In this document: positions 28,453 through 39,563 of the stretch, piece by piece
Position numbering within the stretch: position 1 is the stretch's first letter
Layout of the letters: each line of letters starts with the position of its first letter
Assembly (NCBI GenBank): GCA_050256375.1
Contig: JBBWVU010000020.1
Span: forward strand, 38,485 to 102,484
Reading direction: 5' to 3'
Length of the DNA: 64,000 nt
From: Paracoccaceae bacterium
Lineage (GTDB): Bacteria > Pseudomonadota > Alphaproteobacteria > Rhodobacterales > Rhodobacteraceae
Made by a program: the position numbers and the translations under genes
Notes under the pieces: model-generated
The model's database searches: none
What the model was told of the DNA's origin: nothing
What the model saw: the letters and a program-made list of their open reading frames with translations, nothing else

Positions 28453-29526
28453 CTATTGGAAATAAGGGGTTGGATCGACGCTGTCGGTGCCTCTACGGAT
28501 TTCGAAGTGCATCGTTGCTGGATCACCAGCGGCGACTACACCGATTACCTGCCCGCGTTTCACCGCGTCACCTTTGGCGACCGCGACTTTATCAACGCGG
28601 CCATAGATCGTCAGGATGTCGTTTGCATGGCGCACCAGAACGATGGTTCCCAGCCCGCCGGTAGACGTAGAGACCAGCGCGATCACGCCGTCAGCTGCCA
28701 CATGAACTTCGGTTCCGGCGGGGGCTGCGTAATCAATACCGTCATTCTTGCCCGGACCAGATTGCGGGTTGTATGGCCTTGAAACTGTGCCATCAACAGG
28801 CTTGACGAAACCGGTGCTTGATGCCGCCGGAGCCGTCTGTGCCACAGGGGCCGGAGCAGTAGGGGTCGGCGTTGCAATCGGTGTGACCGAAGGGGCGACG
28901 GGCTCGGTTGTCGTGCGCGAAGTGTCGGGCACTGGAATGATAAGTTCTTGCCCGATACGAACGCCAAGGTCTGCGCCAAGGCCGTTCCACGATGCGAGCG
29001 CCGTAACCGAAACATTGTAAAGCCGCGCGATGGAATAGGCGGAATCGCCCGCCTCTACGCGGTGGCGCAGGGGTTCATCGGGGCGGCCCAAAGACGGTTC
29101 AGTAACTTCGATCGCACCGCCGGTCGCGTTGTCGATTGCGGTAATCGCAAGGTCCGGCGTCCAACCCGAGGGGCTGTTGACGACCGTTCCGCCAACATTG
29201 TGTGGTATCGCCAGAACTTCACCAACGCGTGGTGTGTAAAAGGTGCTTAGGCCGTTGTGACGCGCAAGTTCTGCGGGCGACATTCCGATGCGCTCAGCCA
29301 TTGTAGTGACCGTATCGCCGGTGCGTGCGATCATAACTTGATAGGTTTCATAGGTGATAATGCCACGCGAATCTGGCAACGGGCGGTCTATCACGGGCGC
29401 AGTTCGGGTGTTAAACCCGAAATCGGGCATGCTGAATTCGGGGATTTCAATTCCTTCACAGGCCGTCAGAAATCCTGCCAGCAGCAAAACCGCGGCAAAC
29501 CGTGTGCGTCTATAAATGTAATTCAT
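28453..29526 (-). CDS. nlpD: LysM / M23 peptidase lipoprotein (NlpD-like)
   Basis: Lipobox LTAC, two LysM-like segments, and an M23 domain with NDGID and HFEIR; follows pcm. Confidence 0.8.
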   Translation of the reverse strand: MNYIYRRTRFAAVLLLAGFLTACEGIEIPEFSMPDFGFNTRTAPVIDRPLPDSRGIITYETYQVMIARTGDTVTTMAERIGMSPAELARHNGLSTFYTPRVGEVLAIPHNVGGTVVNSPSGWTPDLAITAIDNATGGAIEVTEPSLGRPDEPLRHRVEAGDSAYSIARLYNVSVTALASWNGLGADLGVRIGQELIIPVPDTSRTTTEPVAPSVTPIATPTPTAPAPVAQTAPAASSTGFVKPVDGTVSRPYNPQSGPGKNDGIDYAAPAGTEVHVAADGVIALVSTSTGGLGTIVLVRHANDILTIYGRVDKVAVAKGDAVKRGQVIGVVAAGDPATMHFEIRRGTDSVDPTPYFQ

Positions 29527-29564
29527 AACAATACCTATGCTCGTTAACCTAAATAAGGTGTGCC

Positions 29565-30212
29565 TCAATCTTCCGAGTCCTTTGCTATTCCTTCCAATAA
29601 GGGAACGAAGCGGACTTCTCCCAGCTCGGTATATTCCAAGCCGTTGTCGGTTTTTACCACTTTTATCATCGCTTGCACAGTGTCCGTCTGACCAACAGGT
29701 AAAACCATGATTCCGTTGGGCTTTAGCTGTGCCAGAAGGTTCGCAGGAGGGTCTTCCGCGGCGGCTGTTAGCAGAATTCGATCAAAGGGTGCTTGTTCGG
29801 GTAAACCAAGTGATCCGTCACCCGTTACAACGGTAATATTGCCCAGATCAAGCTGCTGGAACACCGCGCGTGCGGCGCGCGCCAAGGGGCGATGGCGCTC
29901 GATCGTATAGACGCGGCGCGCCAGTTTCGACAAGATAGCGGCCTGATACCCGGAACCTGTTCCGATCTCTAACACCTTGCAACGACTGTGTAATGCCAGT
30001 TCTTCGGTCATTTTGGCGACTATCGAGGGCTGGCTGATCGTTTGTCCGCGCGCAATTGGCAGCGGGCGGTTTTCATAAGCACGTTCCTTGAAAATACCTT
30101 CCAGGAACGCATCACGCGGCGTTGCTTCCATCGCGGCAAGAACGGCGGAATCCGTGATGCCTCGGGACCGAAGCATCAGGATGAACTGCATACGTTGTTC
30201 GTTCAGATCCAT
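29565..30212 (-). CDS. pcm: Protein-L-isoaspartate O-methyltransferase
   Basis: [17 protein letters not shown] and VRFVPL. Confidence 0.95.
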   Translation of the reverse strand: MDLNEQRMQFILMLRSRGITDSAVLAAMEATPRDAFLEGIFKERAYENRPLPIARGQTISQPSIVAKMTEELALHSRCKVLEIGTGSGYQAAILSKLARRVYTIERHRPLARAARAVFQQLDLGNITVVTGDGSLGLPEQAPFDRILLTAAAEDPPANLLAQLKPNGIMVLPVGQTDTVQAMIKVVKTDNGLEYTELGEVRFVPLLEGIAKDSED

Positions 30213-30215
30213 AGG

Positions 30216-30998
30216 CTAGAACAACTCCGCAATGTCGGAAACCAGATCATGCGCCGTCATATCCGCGCGCAGCGGGGTGACGGTGATCCAACCTTCGGCG
30301 GCTTCTCGCGCATCTGTGCCTGCATCGGCGCTGGTATTCTGACTGTTGGCAAAAATCCATAAATAACGACGACCATTGGGTGCAACCTGCGGCTTTACCC
30401 CGAACGAGCCGTCAGGGCGGTGGCCTTGCACAACGGCTTTGACGCCTTTGATATCTGCGGCCGGAACCGCTGGAAAGTTGATGTTGTAAAATACGCCATA
30501 GGGCTGGTCATGCCACTTCCCATCGTCCAGAAGGCGGCGGCAGATTTCGCTACCCCGCTTGCGGGCGGCCTCGAACGGATCTTCGGACTTGGCGCTTTGC
30601 GGGCTGTAATATTGCGACATGGAGATGGCCTTGAAGCCCTGCAGCGTGGCCTCAATCGCGCCGCCTATGGTGCCGGAATACAGCACCTCTTCGGCGACGT
30701 TATGTCCACGGTTAACACCGGAAAGAACTAGATCTGGCGGCGTGTCTTTGAGGACATCGAATAGTCCTGCAAGCACGCAATCCGCCGGAGATCCCTCGAC
30801 CGCATAGCGCCGCTCGCCCATCTTGGTCAACAACATGGGGTGGATGTAGGATATGCAATGCGAAACGCCAGATTGTTCATACGCAGGAGCTACAATCCAG
30901 ACTTCGCCGTCGGGGCCAGCAAGATCATTGGCGATGGCTTCGAGAACGGCCAAACCGGGCGCTGAAATTCCGTCGTCGTTAGTGATTAAAATACGCAT
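30216..30998 (-). CDS. surE: 5'/3'-nucleotidase SurE
   Basis: ILITNDDG, SGVNRG, YSGT and ITVTPL. Confidence 0.96.
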   Translation of the reverse strand: MRILITNDDGISAPGLAVLEAIANDLAGPDGEVWIVAPAYEQSGVSHCISYIHPMLLTKMGERRYAVEGSPADCVLAGLFDVLKDTPPDLVLSGVNRGHNVAEEVLYSGTIGGAIEATLQGFKAISMSQYYSPQSAKSEDPFEAARKRGSEICRRLLDDGKWHDQPYGVFYNINFPAVPAADIKGVKAVVQGHRPDGSFGVKPQVAPNGRRYLWIFANSQNTSADAGTDAREAAEGWITVTPLRADMTAHDLVSDIAELF

Positions 30999-31186
30999 AT
31001 TGCAGACCTTTTCTAGGTGTTCCCCGTCTTTCTAGAGGCCAGAGTCCGCCGCTTCAAGCGAAACCGGATTGCCGCGCGGTTTCACCGATAGGTCGCATTT
31101 TGACGGCAAACGGATGGTTTTGCAATTTCATCGGACGGCGCAGTGAAATAAGGTGTCCGTAGCAGTTAATTTTTTGGTATCTCCCG

Positions 31187-31990
31187 ATGTTCAAAGTTGT
31201 GAAAATTCTCGTGACACTTGTATTGCTGTCCAGTTCCGCCTGGGGCGGAGAGCGGTATGTTCTGCTGCAATCGACGACTTCGACGCAGAACTCGGGGTTA
31301 TACGAATATCTGCTGCCGATATTCACGGCACAAACCGGCATCGAAGTGCGGGTCGTGGCCGTTGGTACGGGGCAGGCCATTCGTAATTCGTCGAACGGCG
31401 ATGCTGATGTTTTGTTAGTGCATGCGAAATCCGCTGAGGAAGCGTTCGTCGCCTCGGGTAATGGAGTGAAGCGGTTTGATCTGATGTATAATGATTTCGT
31501 CATCATCGGGCATGAAAGTGACCCTTTGGGATTGTCGGATATGGCCGATCTTGGCGCGGCATTAACGATGTTGGCACAGGGGGATGCTACGTTTGTGTCT
31601 CGAGGTGATGACTCTGGTACCCACAAGATGGAACAAAAGCTGTGGGAGGTGGTTGGGCAGGCACCTGCGCCCTCAGCATGGTATCGCGAGACGGGCGCGG
31701 GGATGGGCGCGACTCTGCGCATGGCGGTCGAAATGCTGGGTTATGCTTTGACGGATCGCGCCACGTGGATTTCGTATGCAGACAAGTCCGACATGCGAAT
31801 TGTGTTTGAGGATGCCGATGCTTTGTTAAACCAATACGGCATCATCGCCGTTAATCCGGCGCGGCACCCGCATGTAAATGCGTTCGCGGCGGGCATTTTC
31901 ATTGCGTGGATGCTGGGCGCGCAGGGGCAGGCGTTAATCGGTGCTTATACGCTGGATGGGCAACAGTTGTTTTACCCTAATGCCGAGTGA
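31187..31990 (+). CDS. tupA: Tungstate ABC transporter substrate-binding protein TupA
   Basis: Signal peptide, STTSTQNSGL (TTTS-like tungstate motif), VGTGQA, SRGDDSGTH and DRATW. Confidence 0.8.
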   Translation: MFKVVKILVTLVLLSSSAWGGERYVLLQSTTSTQNSGLYEYLLPIFTAQTGIEVRVVAVGTGQAIRNSSNGDADVLLVHAKSAEEAFVASGNGVKRFDLMYNDFVIIGHESDPLGLSDMADLGAALTMLAQGDATFVSRGDDSGTHKMEQKLWEVVGQAPAPSAWYRETGAGMGATLRMAVEMLGYALTDRATWISYADKSDMRIVFEDADALLNQYGIIAVNPARHPHVNAFAAGIFIAWMLGAQGQALIGAYTLDGQQLFYPNAE

Positions 31991-32447
31991 TCTTGCACTG
32001 ATAACAATTATTGCGGGCCGAGCGGACGTGGATATAGGCAACTTCAGGGTCTGAAAAAATGGACTGAGCGGCGGCGATCATTTTCTCGGGCGTTACGATT
32101 TTGCCAGTGCCGTATACAATCCGGTCGTCGTTGCCATAGCCTTTGATCAAGTAATCTGGCGAGGTTTTCAGGATCGGTGGTAGTTCCGTTGATGGTTCAA
32201 CTCGGGCGCACTCACCAGCACACAGAAAAATTAGACCAACTTCGGCATATGGCTGATCGGACGGGAAAGGGCGGTAAGAAAGTATTAACATTCCGGCATT
32301 TTCTGGGGTATCGGACAGACAGTGCCGGCACGGTGTGCCTTGACCGTCGGATATGGAGAGTTCGGCTGGTTGGCCGTAGAAATCCGGTGCACCAGATTGC
32401 AGCGCGAGGATTTCGGGGGTCGGAAGGGGATGGAATAAAACTGACAT
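31977..32447 (-). CDS. DUF1203 domain protein
   Basis: PCRHCL, YRPF...PYAE.G.IF and HVRSARNNCYQC. Confidence 0.8.
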   Translation of the reverse strand: MSVLFHPLPTPEILALQSGAPDFYGQPAELSISDGQGTPCRHCLSDTPENAGMLILSYRPFPSDQPYAEVGLIFLCAGECARVEPSTELPPILKTSPDYLIKGYGNDDRIVYGTGKIVTPEKMIAAAQSIFSDPEVAYIHVRSARNNCYQCKITRH

Positions 32448-32510
32448 GATGGCTCCTTTCGTTAGGAACCTAATGGCGGGCCGCGTCTATCGCGACCCGT
32501 TTTTTGCGCT

Positions 32511-33800
32511 TTACGCCAGTGTGCCGTTTGCCGTGATCACAGTTTTGCTGCCCATATACGATTGCAAAACCGTCGGAATGTTGATCGAGCCGTCTTCTTG
32601 CTGATAGTTCTCGACCACTGCAATCAACGTGCGGCCAATCGCAAGGCCCGAGCCGTTTAACGTGTGCAAGAACTCGGGTTTGCCGCCATCTGGGCGGAAA
32701 CGGGCGTTCATGCGACGCGCCTGAAAATCCCCTGCGATCGAACAACTGGAGATTTCACGATAGGTGTTTTGCCCCGGCAACCACGCCTCGATGTCGAAAG
32801 TCTGGCGCATGCCAAATCCCGTATCACCAGTGCAAAGGATTAATGTGCGGAACGGGATTTCCAGCGCTTCTAAAATGCCTTCGGCGCACCCCAGCATCCG
32901 TTGCAGCTCGGCGGCGGATTCATCTGGACGGGCGATGGTGACCATTTCGACTTTTTCGAACTGGTGTTGGCGCAGCATCCCTGATGTGTCACGCCCGGCC
33001 GAACCGGCTTCGGAGCGAAAACACTGGGTGTGGGCGACCATACGGCGCGGCAGCGTTGCCTCGTTAACGATCTCGCCTGCTACCATGTTGGTCAGCGGAA
33101 CCTCGGCGGTTGGGATCAACCACCAGCCGTTCTCAGTGCGATAACTGTCTTCGGCGAACTTGGGCAACTGGCCTGTGCCATACATGGCCTCGTCGCGCAC
33201 CAGAACCGGCACCCACATTTCGGAAAGGTCGTTTTTATCGATATGCGTATCCAGCATGAACTGCGCCAAAGCGCGGTGCAGGCGAACCATTGCACCGCTA
33301 AGAACCACAAAACGCGAGCCGGACAGCTTGGCCGCTCTCTCGAAATCAAGGCCGGCCGCGGCACCCGCAATTTCGTAATGCTCTTTAGCATCAAAGGCGA
33401 AATTACGGATAGCGCCGCTTTTTCGAACTTCAACATTGTCATCTTCGGTGGCACCGTCTGGTGTGTCATCTGCTGGAATATTGGGGATGGTCTTGAGAAC
33501 ATCGTTAAGATGTTTTTCTTCTTCCTTAGCCTGTGTTTGCAATTCAGCAATTTCTACCTTTTTGGCAGCCACTTCTGCTCGAAGTCTCTCAAATGCTTCG
33601 TTGTCGCCTTGTGCTTTTGCAGCTCCAACCATCTTAGAAATTAGATTTTGCTCGGCTTTTCGAGTCTCGGCAGTATGAATTGCCAAACGCCGAGCGCTGT
33701 CAAAAATTAAAATGGTATCGGACATGGCGGGCAGACCCCGACGGGCAAGGCCAGCGTCAAAAGCTTCGGGGTTTTCGCGGATCAGTCGGATGTCATGCAT
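32511..33800 (-). CDS. serS: Seryl-tRNA synthetase
   Basis: [44 protein letters not shown] and TLNGSGLA. Confidence 0.98.
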   Translation of the reverse strand: MHDIRLIRENPEAFDAGLARRGLPAMSDTILIFDSARRLAIHTAETRKAEQNLISKMVGAAKAQGDNEAFERLRAEVAAKKVEIAELQTQAKEEEKHLNDVLKTIPNIPADDTPDGATEDDNVEVRKSGAIRNFAFDAKEHYEIAGAAAGLDFERAAKLSGSRFVVLSGAMVRLHRALAQFMLDTHIDKNDLSEMWVPVLVRDEAMYGTGQLPKFAEDSYRTENGWWLIPTAEVPLTNMVAGEIVNEATLPRRMVAHTQCFRSEAGSAGRDTSGMLRQHQFEKVEMVTIARPDESAAELQRMLGCAEGILEALEIPFRTLILCTGDTGFGMRQTFDIEAWLPGQNTYREISSCSIAGDFQARRMNARFRPDGGKPEFLHTLNGSGLAIGRTLIAVVENYQQEDGSINIPTVLQSYMGSKTVITANGTLA

Positions 33801-33922
33801 TGGAACGCTCGTTGGTTAAAGGTGTTTTCGGGAGTTATGCAATAAACTTGGCGCGGGATAAAGGGCGTAGTGCGTTCGGGCCTGAGGTGGGCATGTGGAC
33901 CATTTCCTGAATTTTACGCACG

Positions 33923-33953
33923 AAAAAAGAGGCGTTCGGTTTTCACCGCGCCT
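33923..33953 (-). terminator. Intrinsic terminator on the minus strand, upstream of serS
   Basis: Minus strand AGGCG-CGGT-GAAA-ACCG-AA-CGCCT-C-TTTTTT (GAAA tetraloop, U tract). Confidence 0.75.
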
Positions 33954-34221
33954 TTACATCAAATATGACTGTGATTGGCCATTTGGGCCGTGGTTTCGGG
34001 TTATCCGGTTTAAAAATCGCCCTGTGCCGACCGAGGTCAGGTCTACCGCGCTAGATTATTTTGTGCCATTCCCAAGCCACGTTTCTGCCAAATGCTGCTT
34101 GTCCGGCAGCGCAACGAATGGGTCTGTTGTTTAGGATTTTGCTGCTTGAAATATGCAGCGGTAAATTCAAATGCTCTAGCGCGATAAACCAGTGGACTTC
34201 TTAACCCCGCTTCGCTCAGTA
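33923..34221 (-). ncRNA. Candidate ~300-nt small RNA
   Basis: No convincing ORF in the minus-strand frames; bounded by a CtrA box and -10 element upstream and a terminator downstream; 9-bp long-range helix and a repeated 9-mer inside. Confidence 0.4.
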
Positions 34222-34259
34222 CGAATCGTTATACGGGAAATTGGTTAAGGAAGGGTTAA
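34222..34259 (-). promoter_or_regulatory. CtrA-type box TTAA-N7-TTAAC with downstream TATAAC and a CGATTCG (GANTC) site
   Basis: Minus strand TTAACCCTTCCTTAACC-aatttcccg-TATAAC-GATTCG; box at 34244-34259, -10-like element at 34228-34233. Confidence 0.65.
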
Positions 34260-34645
34260 GTCGGGTTGAATTCCGGACATTTTTTGCACCAACGTCGATC
34301 GCAGATCATGCATGGCCATCAGGATCGTTTGAGCATTGTCGGTGACTTGGGTGTCAGTCGCACCCGACTGCAGCCATTGCGCTGCGGCGTTCATTTTGGT
34401 GACCAAATTGTCGATGCGAGCGGTATCGCGCGCCGATTGGATAGCGGTTTGATCCGTGTGCTATGCAGCGATTTCAGTCAATTCCGCCTCGTTCGGGGTT
34501 TGCTTGCCAAAAGGTTTCACATCGCCATTGGGCTTCAACACAGCGATTTGTTGCATGTCCAGTCGCGCGTGATCACCTTGGGCGGTTCGGAAAACGGCGG
34601 CTCCGTTACCCTTGCGGCGGAAATATAGGTTAGGGCGGTTTAACA

Positions 34646-34646
<1 letters not shown>
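34245..34646 (-). pseudogene. Conserved Rhodobacterales hypothetical protein with an in-frame TAG at 34461-34463
   Basis: MLNRPNLYFRRKGNGAAVFR...EIAA*HTDQ...AAQWLQSGATD...ILMAMHDLRSTLV; the frame stays open for about 70 codons past the TAG. The ATG is coupled to the aminotransferase stop (TGATG). Confidence 0.65.
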
Positions 34647-35848
<1,202 letters not shown>

Positions 35849-35931
35849 TTAGGGACTCCGGTATTTGGTTGCGGGTTGTAGGTTGCACAAATCCGCGATT
35901 GTGTGCAAACCGTAATTCGAAGGAGAACCCA

Positions 35932-36192
35932 ATGATCGAGACAGCCGAAAACCGGATCAAACGCCTGCAAATGCGAAGCTGGCGGCGTGGAACCAAAGAG
36001 ATGGACATGATTCTGGGGCCGTACTCCGACACCGAGATCACCGGATTGTCGCCAGAAGCGCTGGAATTATACGAGGCGCTGTTGGTTGAAAACGATCAGG
36101 ATCTGTATGTCTGGATGTCGCGACAGGCTGCGGCACCGGCCGAACACGCGGAAATTGTCGAAATAATTCAGAATTTTCATAAAATTGCCTAA
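35932..36192 (+). CDS. sdhE: Succinate dehydrogenase assembly factor SdhE
   Basis: RSWRRGTKEMD and ENDQDLY.W. Confidence 0.88.
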   Translation: MIETAENRIKRLQMRSWRRGTKEMDMILGPYSDTEITGLSPEALELYEALLVENDQDLYVWMSRQAAAPAEHAEIVEIIQNFHKIA

Positions 36193-36194
36193 AG

Positions 36195-36217
36195 TTTTCC
36201 GAACTAATTTCGGAAAA
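36195..36217. repeat. Perfect 9-bp inverted repeat TTTTCCGAA-ctaat-TTCGGAAAA
   Basis: Directly visible between sdhE and the MarR gene. Confidence 0.8.
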
Positions 36218-36282
36218 TTAACCCCTTGTTGTGATTCGTAGTGTCAAATCCAGTGCATTAGAAATGTATTGGAGGCCGAATT

Positions 36283-36780
36283 ATGAATATGCAGACGGCT
36301 GTTTACAGCCAGGAAGCGCCAGACAACCTGTCAGTTTATTTGGACACGCTTGGGCGGCTGGAACGGCTGCACCGCTTGTTGCTGGATGTAGTAAAGGACG
36401 AATCCGAGCGCCTGGGGCTGCTGGATATAAACTCGGTTCAGGGTTTATTGCTGTTTAACATTGGCGAACAAGAGGTGACGGCGGGCGAATTGAAGTCGCG
36501 CGGCTACTATCAGGGCTCGAATGTGTCTTATAACTCAAAAAAACTAGTTGAATCCGGTTATATGCACCATGAAAAATGCGCGGTGGACCGCCGTTCGGTG
36601 CGCGTCCGGCTAACAGGTAAAGGGCGAAAAATTCGTGAGGCACTGTCAGAAATGTTTGCACGCCAAGCGATCGGGCTGGTGTCCGGCGCGGCGCCGAATC
36701 TCGAATCTTTAGACGAGGTTAACGGACATTTGTAGCTGGTTGAAAGATATTGGGCAGACCAAATTCGATACATATATTAG
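36283..36780 (+). pseudogene. LdtR-like MarR family regulator with a premature TAG at 36733-36735
   Basis: LERLHRLLLDVVKDE...GYYQGSNVSYN.KKL...DRRSVRVRL. After the TAG the frame continues LVERYWADQIRYIY*, the C-terminus I recall for this family. Confidence 0.7.
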
Positions 36781-36913
36781 GACATGTTGTCTCGATCGCG
36801 CAGAATTTACTTGTGTGGGCTGACAAAATCCGGCATTCCTGCGTCGATTTTGTAAGGGGTAGCGTGATGCGGTTTTCACGTATACAGTAATGCGAATATG
36901 TATGGAGCCCGCG

Positions 36914-38137
36914 ATGAACTACGATGCCCAACTGGATACAGCCTTGAACGCCTTGCATGAAGAAGGGCGCTATCGTGTGTTCACTGACATCTGTCGCGAG
37001 AATGGTGCATTTCCTAAGGCAGTCTGGACGCGTCCCGATGGTTCCAAGAAAGACATTACGGTTTGGTGTGGCAATGATTATCTGGGCATGGGGCAAAACC
37101 CTGTGGTTCTGGATGCAATGCAAAACGTTTTGCGCGTTGCAGGGGCAGGGTCCGGCGGTACGCGGAATATCTCGGGCACGACGGTTTTTCATAAAGAACT
37201 AGAAGCCGAACTGGCGGATTTGCACCAGAAAGAAACGGCACTGGTTTTCACATCGGCTTATATTGCAAACCAGGCTACCCTGTCGGTGTTGCCAAAGCTG
37301 TTCCCCGATCTGGTGATATTCTCGGACGAATTTAACCATGCTTCGATGATCGAAGGTGTGCGCCACGGGCGCGGCGAAAAACATATTTGGCGTCACAACG
37401 ATCTGGACCATCTACGCGAGCTGTTGGAATCGGTTGATAAGGATCGCCCAAAACTGATCGCGTTCGAGTCGATTTATTCCATGGACGGAGATTTCGGCCC
37501 GATAGAAGCCGTGTGTGATCTGGCTGATGAATTCAACGCGCTGACGTATATTGACGAAGTTCACGCCGTAGGCATGTACGGCCCGTGCGGCGGCGGCGTT
37601 GCCGAACGTGATGGTTTGATGGACCGGATCGACATCATTAACGGGACGCTGGCGAAGGCTTACGGGGTTATGGGCGGGTATATCGCGACCTCGGCCAAAA
37701 TGGCGGATGCTGTACGTTCTTACGCGCCCGGATTTATTTTCACGACATCTCTGCCGCCTGCGATTGCGGCGGGTGCGGCGGCCTCGGTTCGGTATCTGAA
37801 GGAACATCAAGAGCTGCGCGACGCCCAGCAAGATGCGGCTAAGGTGTTGAAGTTACGTCTGAAAGCTATGGGGCTCCCGGTGATGGACAACGTCAGTCAC
37901 ATCGTTCCGGTGCTGGTTGCGGATCCGGTGAAATGCAAAAGCCTGTCGGACCGATTGCTAAACGATTTTGGAATTTATGTGCAGCCAATTAACTTTCCAA
38001 CTGTACCTCGCGGAACCGAGCGCCTGCGGTTTACACCTTCGCCCGTGCATACTGCGAAGATGACCGACGAGCTTGTCCGCGCCCTAGATTCGCTATGGCA
38101 ACACTGCGAGCTGAACCGCGCCGAACTGAGCGCGTAG
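36914..38137 (+). CDS. hemA: 5-aminolevulinate synthase
   Basis: [33 protein letters not shown] and RLRFTPSP. Confidence 0.96.
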   Translation: MNYDAQLDTALNALHEEGRYRVFTDICRENGAFPKAVWTRPDGSKKDITVWCGNDYLGMGQNPVVLDAMQNVLRVAGAGSGGTRNISGTTVFHKELEAELADLHQKETALVFTSAYIANQATLSVLPKLFPDLVIFSDEFNHASMIEGVRHGRGEKHIWRHNDLDHLRELLESVDKDRPKLIAFESIYSMDGDFGPIEAVCDLADEFNALTYIDEVHAVGMYGPCGGGVAERDGLMDRIDIINGTLAKAYGVMGGYIATSAKMADAVRSYAPGFIFTTSLPPAIAAGAAASVRYLKEHQELRDAQQDAAKVLKLRLKAMGLPVMDNVSHIVPVLVADPVKCKSLSDRLLNDFGIYVQPINFPTVPRGTERLRFTPSPVHTAKMTDELVRALDSLWQHCELNRAELSA

Positions 38138-38312
38138 GCGTAAACCTGCCTAGTCGCTAAGCGGCATCCGCACAGTCGCAGGCATAGGTTAATTTTTTCT
38201 GCACAAAGTCACAAAAAGGTGATACAAATTTGCCATTAAGACTATGGAGCCCTTGCGGTTTTGTGGTGGTGGGGTAAAGACGCCCGAGGCAACGATAATT
38301 ACAAGCAGGCAC

Positions 38313-39479
38313 ATGAGCAACACGCCCTCAGATACAGTTCTTGGCGGTTTCGACTCTTTCGAGCGAAAACTGGGTGATGAATTGCGCGGTGAGCGGGCGA
38401 CACTGGGTAAGTCACTGCTGGATGTTCAGCGTGAGTTGCGCGTAAAGGCTGCCTATATTTCAGCCATCGAAAATTGTGACTTTTCGGTTTTTCCTAATAC
38501 CAGTTTCGTAGCCGGATATGTGCGGTCCTATGCGCGGTATCTGGGGTTGGACGCCGAGGTTACGTTTTCTCGTTTCTGTGTCGAGGCCCGCTTTCAAAGC
38601 GCCAGCGTGAAACTGGGTGGGACGCCTGCCAAAAAGGCAAAGAAATCGAATAGTGATTCGATAACGGATCCGCAATCCTGGACCCCGAATATGCCCGGTA
38701 ACGGGGTTGATGGCCGCACCGGAAGTGCGGGCGCAACCGTTGCAGCGGCAGGTCCGGCATTGGTGCTGGCGGCAGTTATCGCGGTGTTGGGATACGGCGC
38801 CTGGTTCGTATTACAAGATATTCAACGGGTCGAGTTTGCCCCGATCGAAGATAATCCGATGGTCGCGTTTGAGCCGGAAAACCTTGGTGGCGCTACGTTT
38901 AACAGTGGCGACGGCTTCCTCGCAACAGGAATAGATTTGGCCGCCGATCCGTCGATTTTGTATTCACGACGAGAACTGGATATCCCGGTGGTTAAACCGC
39001 GTGACGGACCTATTTTTGCGATCAATCCAGATTTAGAAATTGACCCAGTCGACGCGATCAACGTGGCAGAACTGGTCGAAACAGAGGTGACCGAAGTTAC
39101 CGCGGGTGCCCCGAAAGTCAGTGAAACCCCCTATGTGCCAAGCGTCAGCATTGTTGCTGTGCAAGAGGCGTGGGTGCGGGTTTATCAAGAAAACGGGACT
39201 ATCCTGTTCGAGAAAATCTTAGCTGCGGGCGAGCAATACTTGCTGCCGGGCGATGCTACGGTATCGTATTTAAGGGCTGGTAACGCGACTTCTGTTTACG
39301 TGATGATCGACGACGCGGCTTATGGACCGCTTAGCGCGACGGACAGTGTCGTGCGTGACATTGCTTTGCTGCCAACGGCAGTGGCTGGAAATATGGCCCA
39401 AGTGGCTAACCCCTCGGTTGCGCTACAAGTAGCGGCCGAGGCTTGGCGTAGTTTGAATGTGGCGCGGTTGAACCAATAG
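38313..39479 (+). CDS. rodZ: Cytoskeleton protein RodZ (HTH, TM, DUF4115-like domain)
   Basis: LGDELRGERA...GYVRSYARYLGLD, a single TM, then AWVRV...LRAGNA; upstream of ispG. Confidence 0.8.
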   Translation: MSNTPSDTVLGGFDSFERKLGDELRGERATLGKSLLDVQRELRVKAAYISAIENCDFSVFPNTSFVAGYVRSYARYLGLDAEVTFSRFCVEARFQSASVKLGGTPAKKAKKSNSDSITDPQSWTPNMPGNGVDGRTGSAGATVAAAGPALVLAAVIAVLGYGAWFVLQDIQRVEFAPIEDNPMVAFEPENLGGATFNSGDGFLATGIDLAADPSILYSRRELDIPVVKPRDGPIFAINPDLEIDPVDAINVAELVETEVTEVTAGAPKVSETPYVPSVSIVAVQEAWVRVYQENGTILFEKILAAGEQYLLPGDATVSYLRAGNATSVYVMIDDAAYGPLSATDSVVRDIALLPTAVAGNMAQVANPSVALQVAAEAWRSLNVARLNQ

Positions 39480-39563
39480 CAACCCTGCATTGTTTTGGGT
39501 GACATTGACCGTCATCAGCCTTATCTATTCGTTAAGATTCATTGTTTAAACTGGAAGTCACAC

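Noticed and set aside
33923-34240. tmRNA, RNase P RNA, T-box or a small ORF as the identity of the serS-upstream region
   Set aside because: I found no tag-peptide frame, no RNase P P4 signature and no T-box motif, and none of the minus-strand frames has an ATG ORF with an RBS. A covariance search is still needed.
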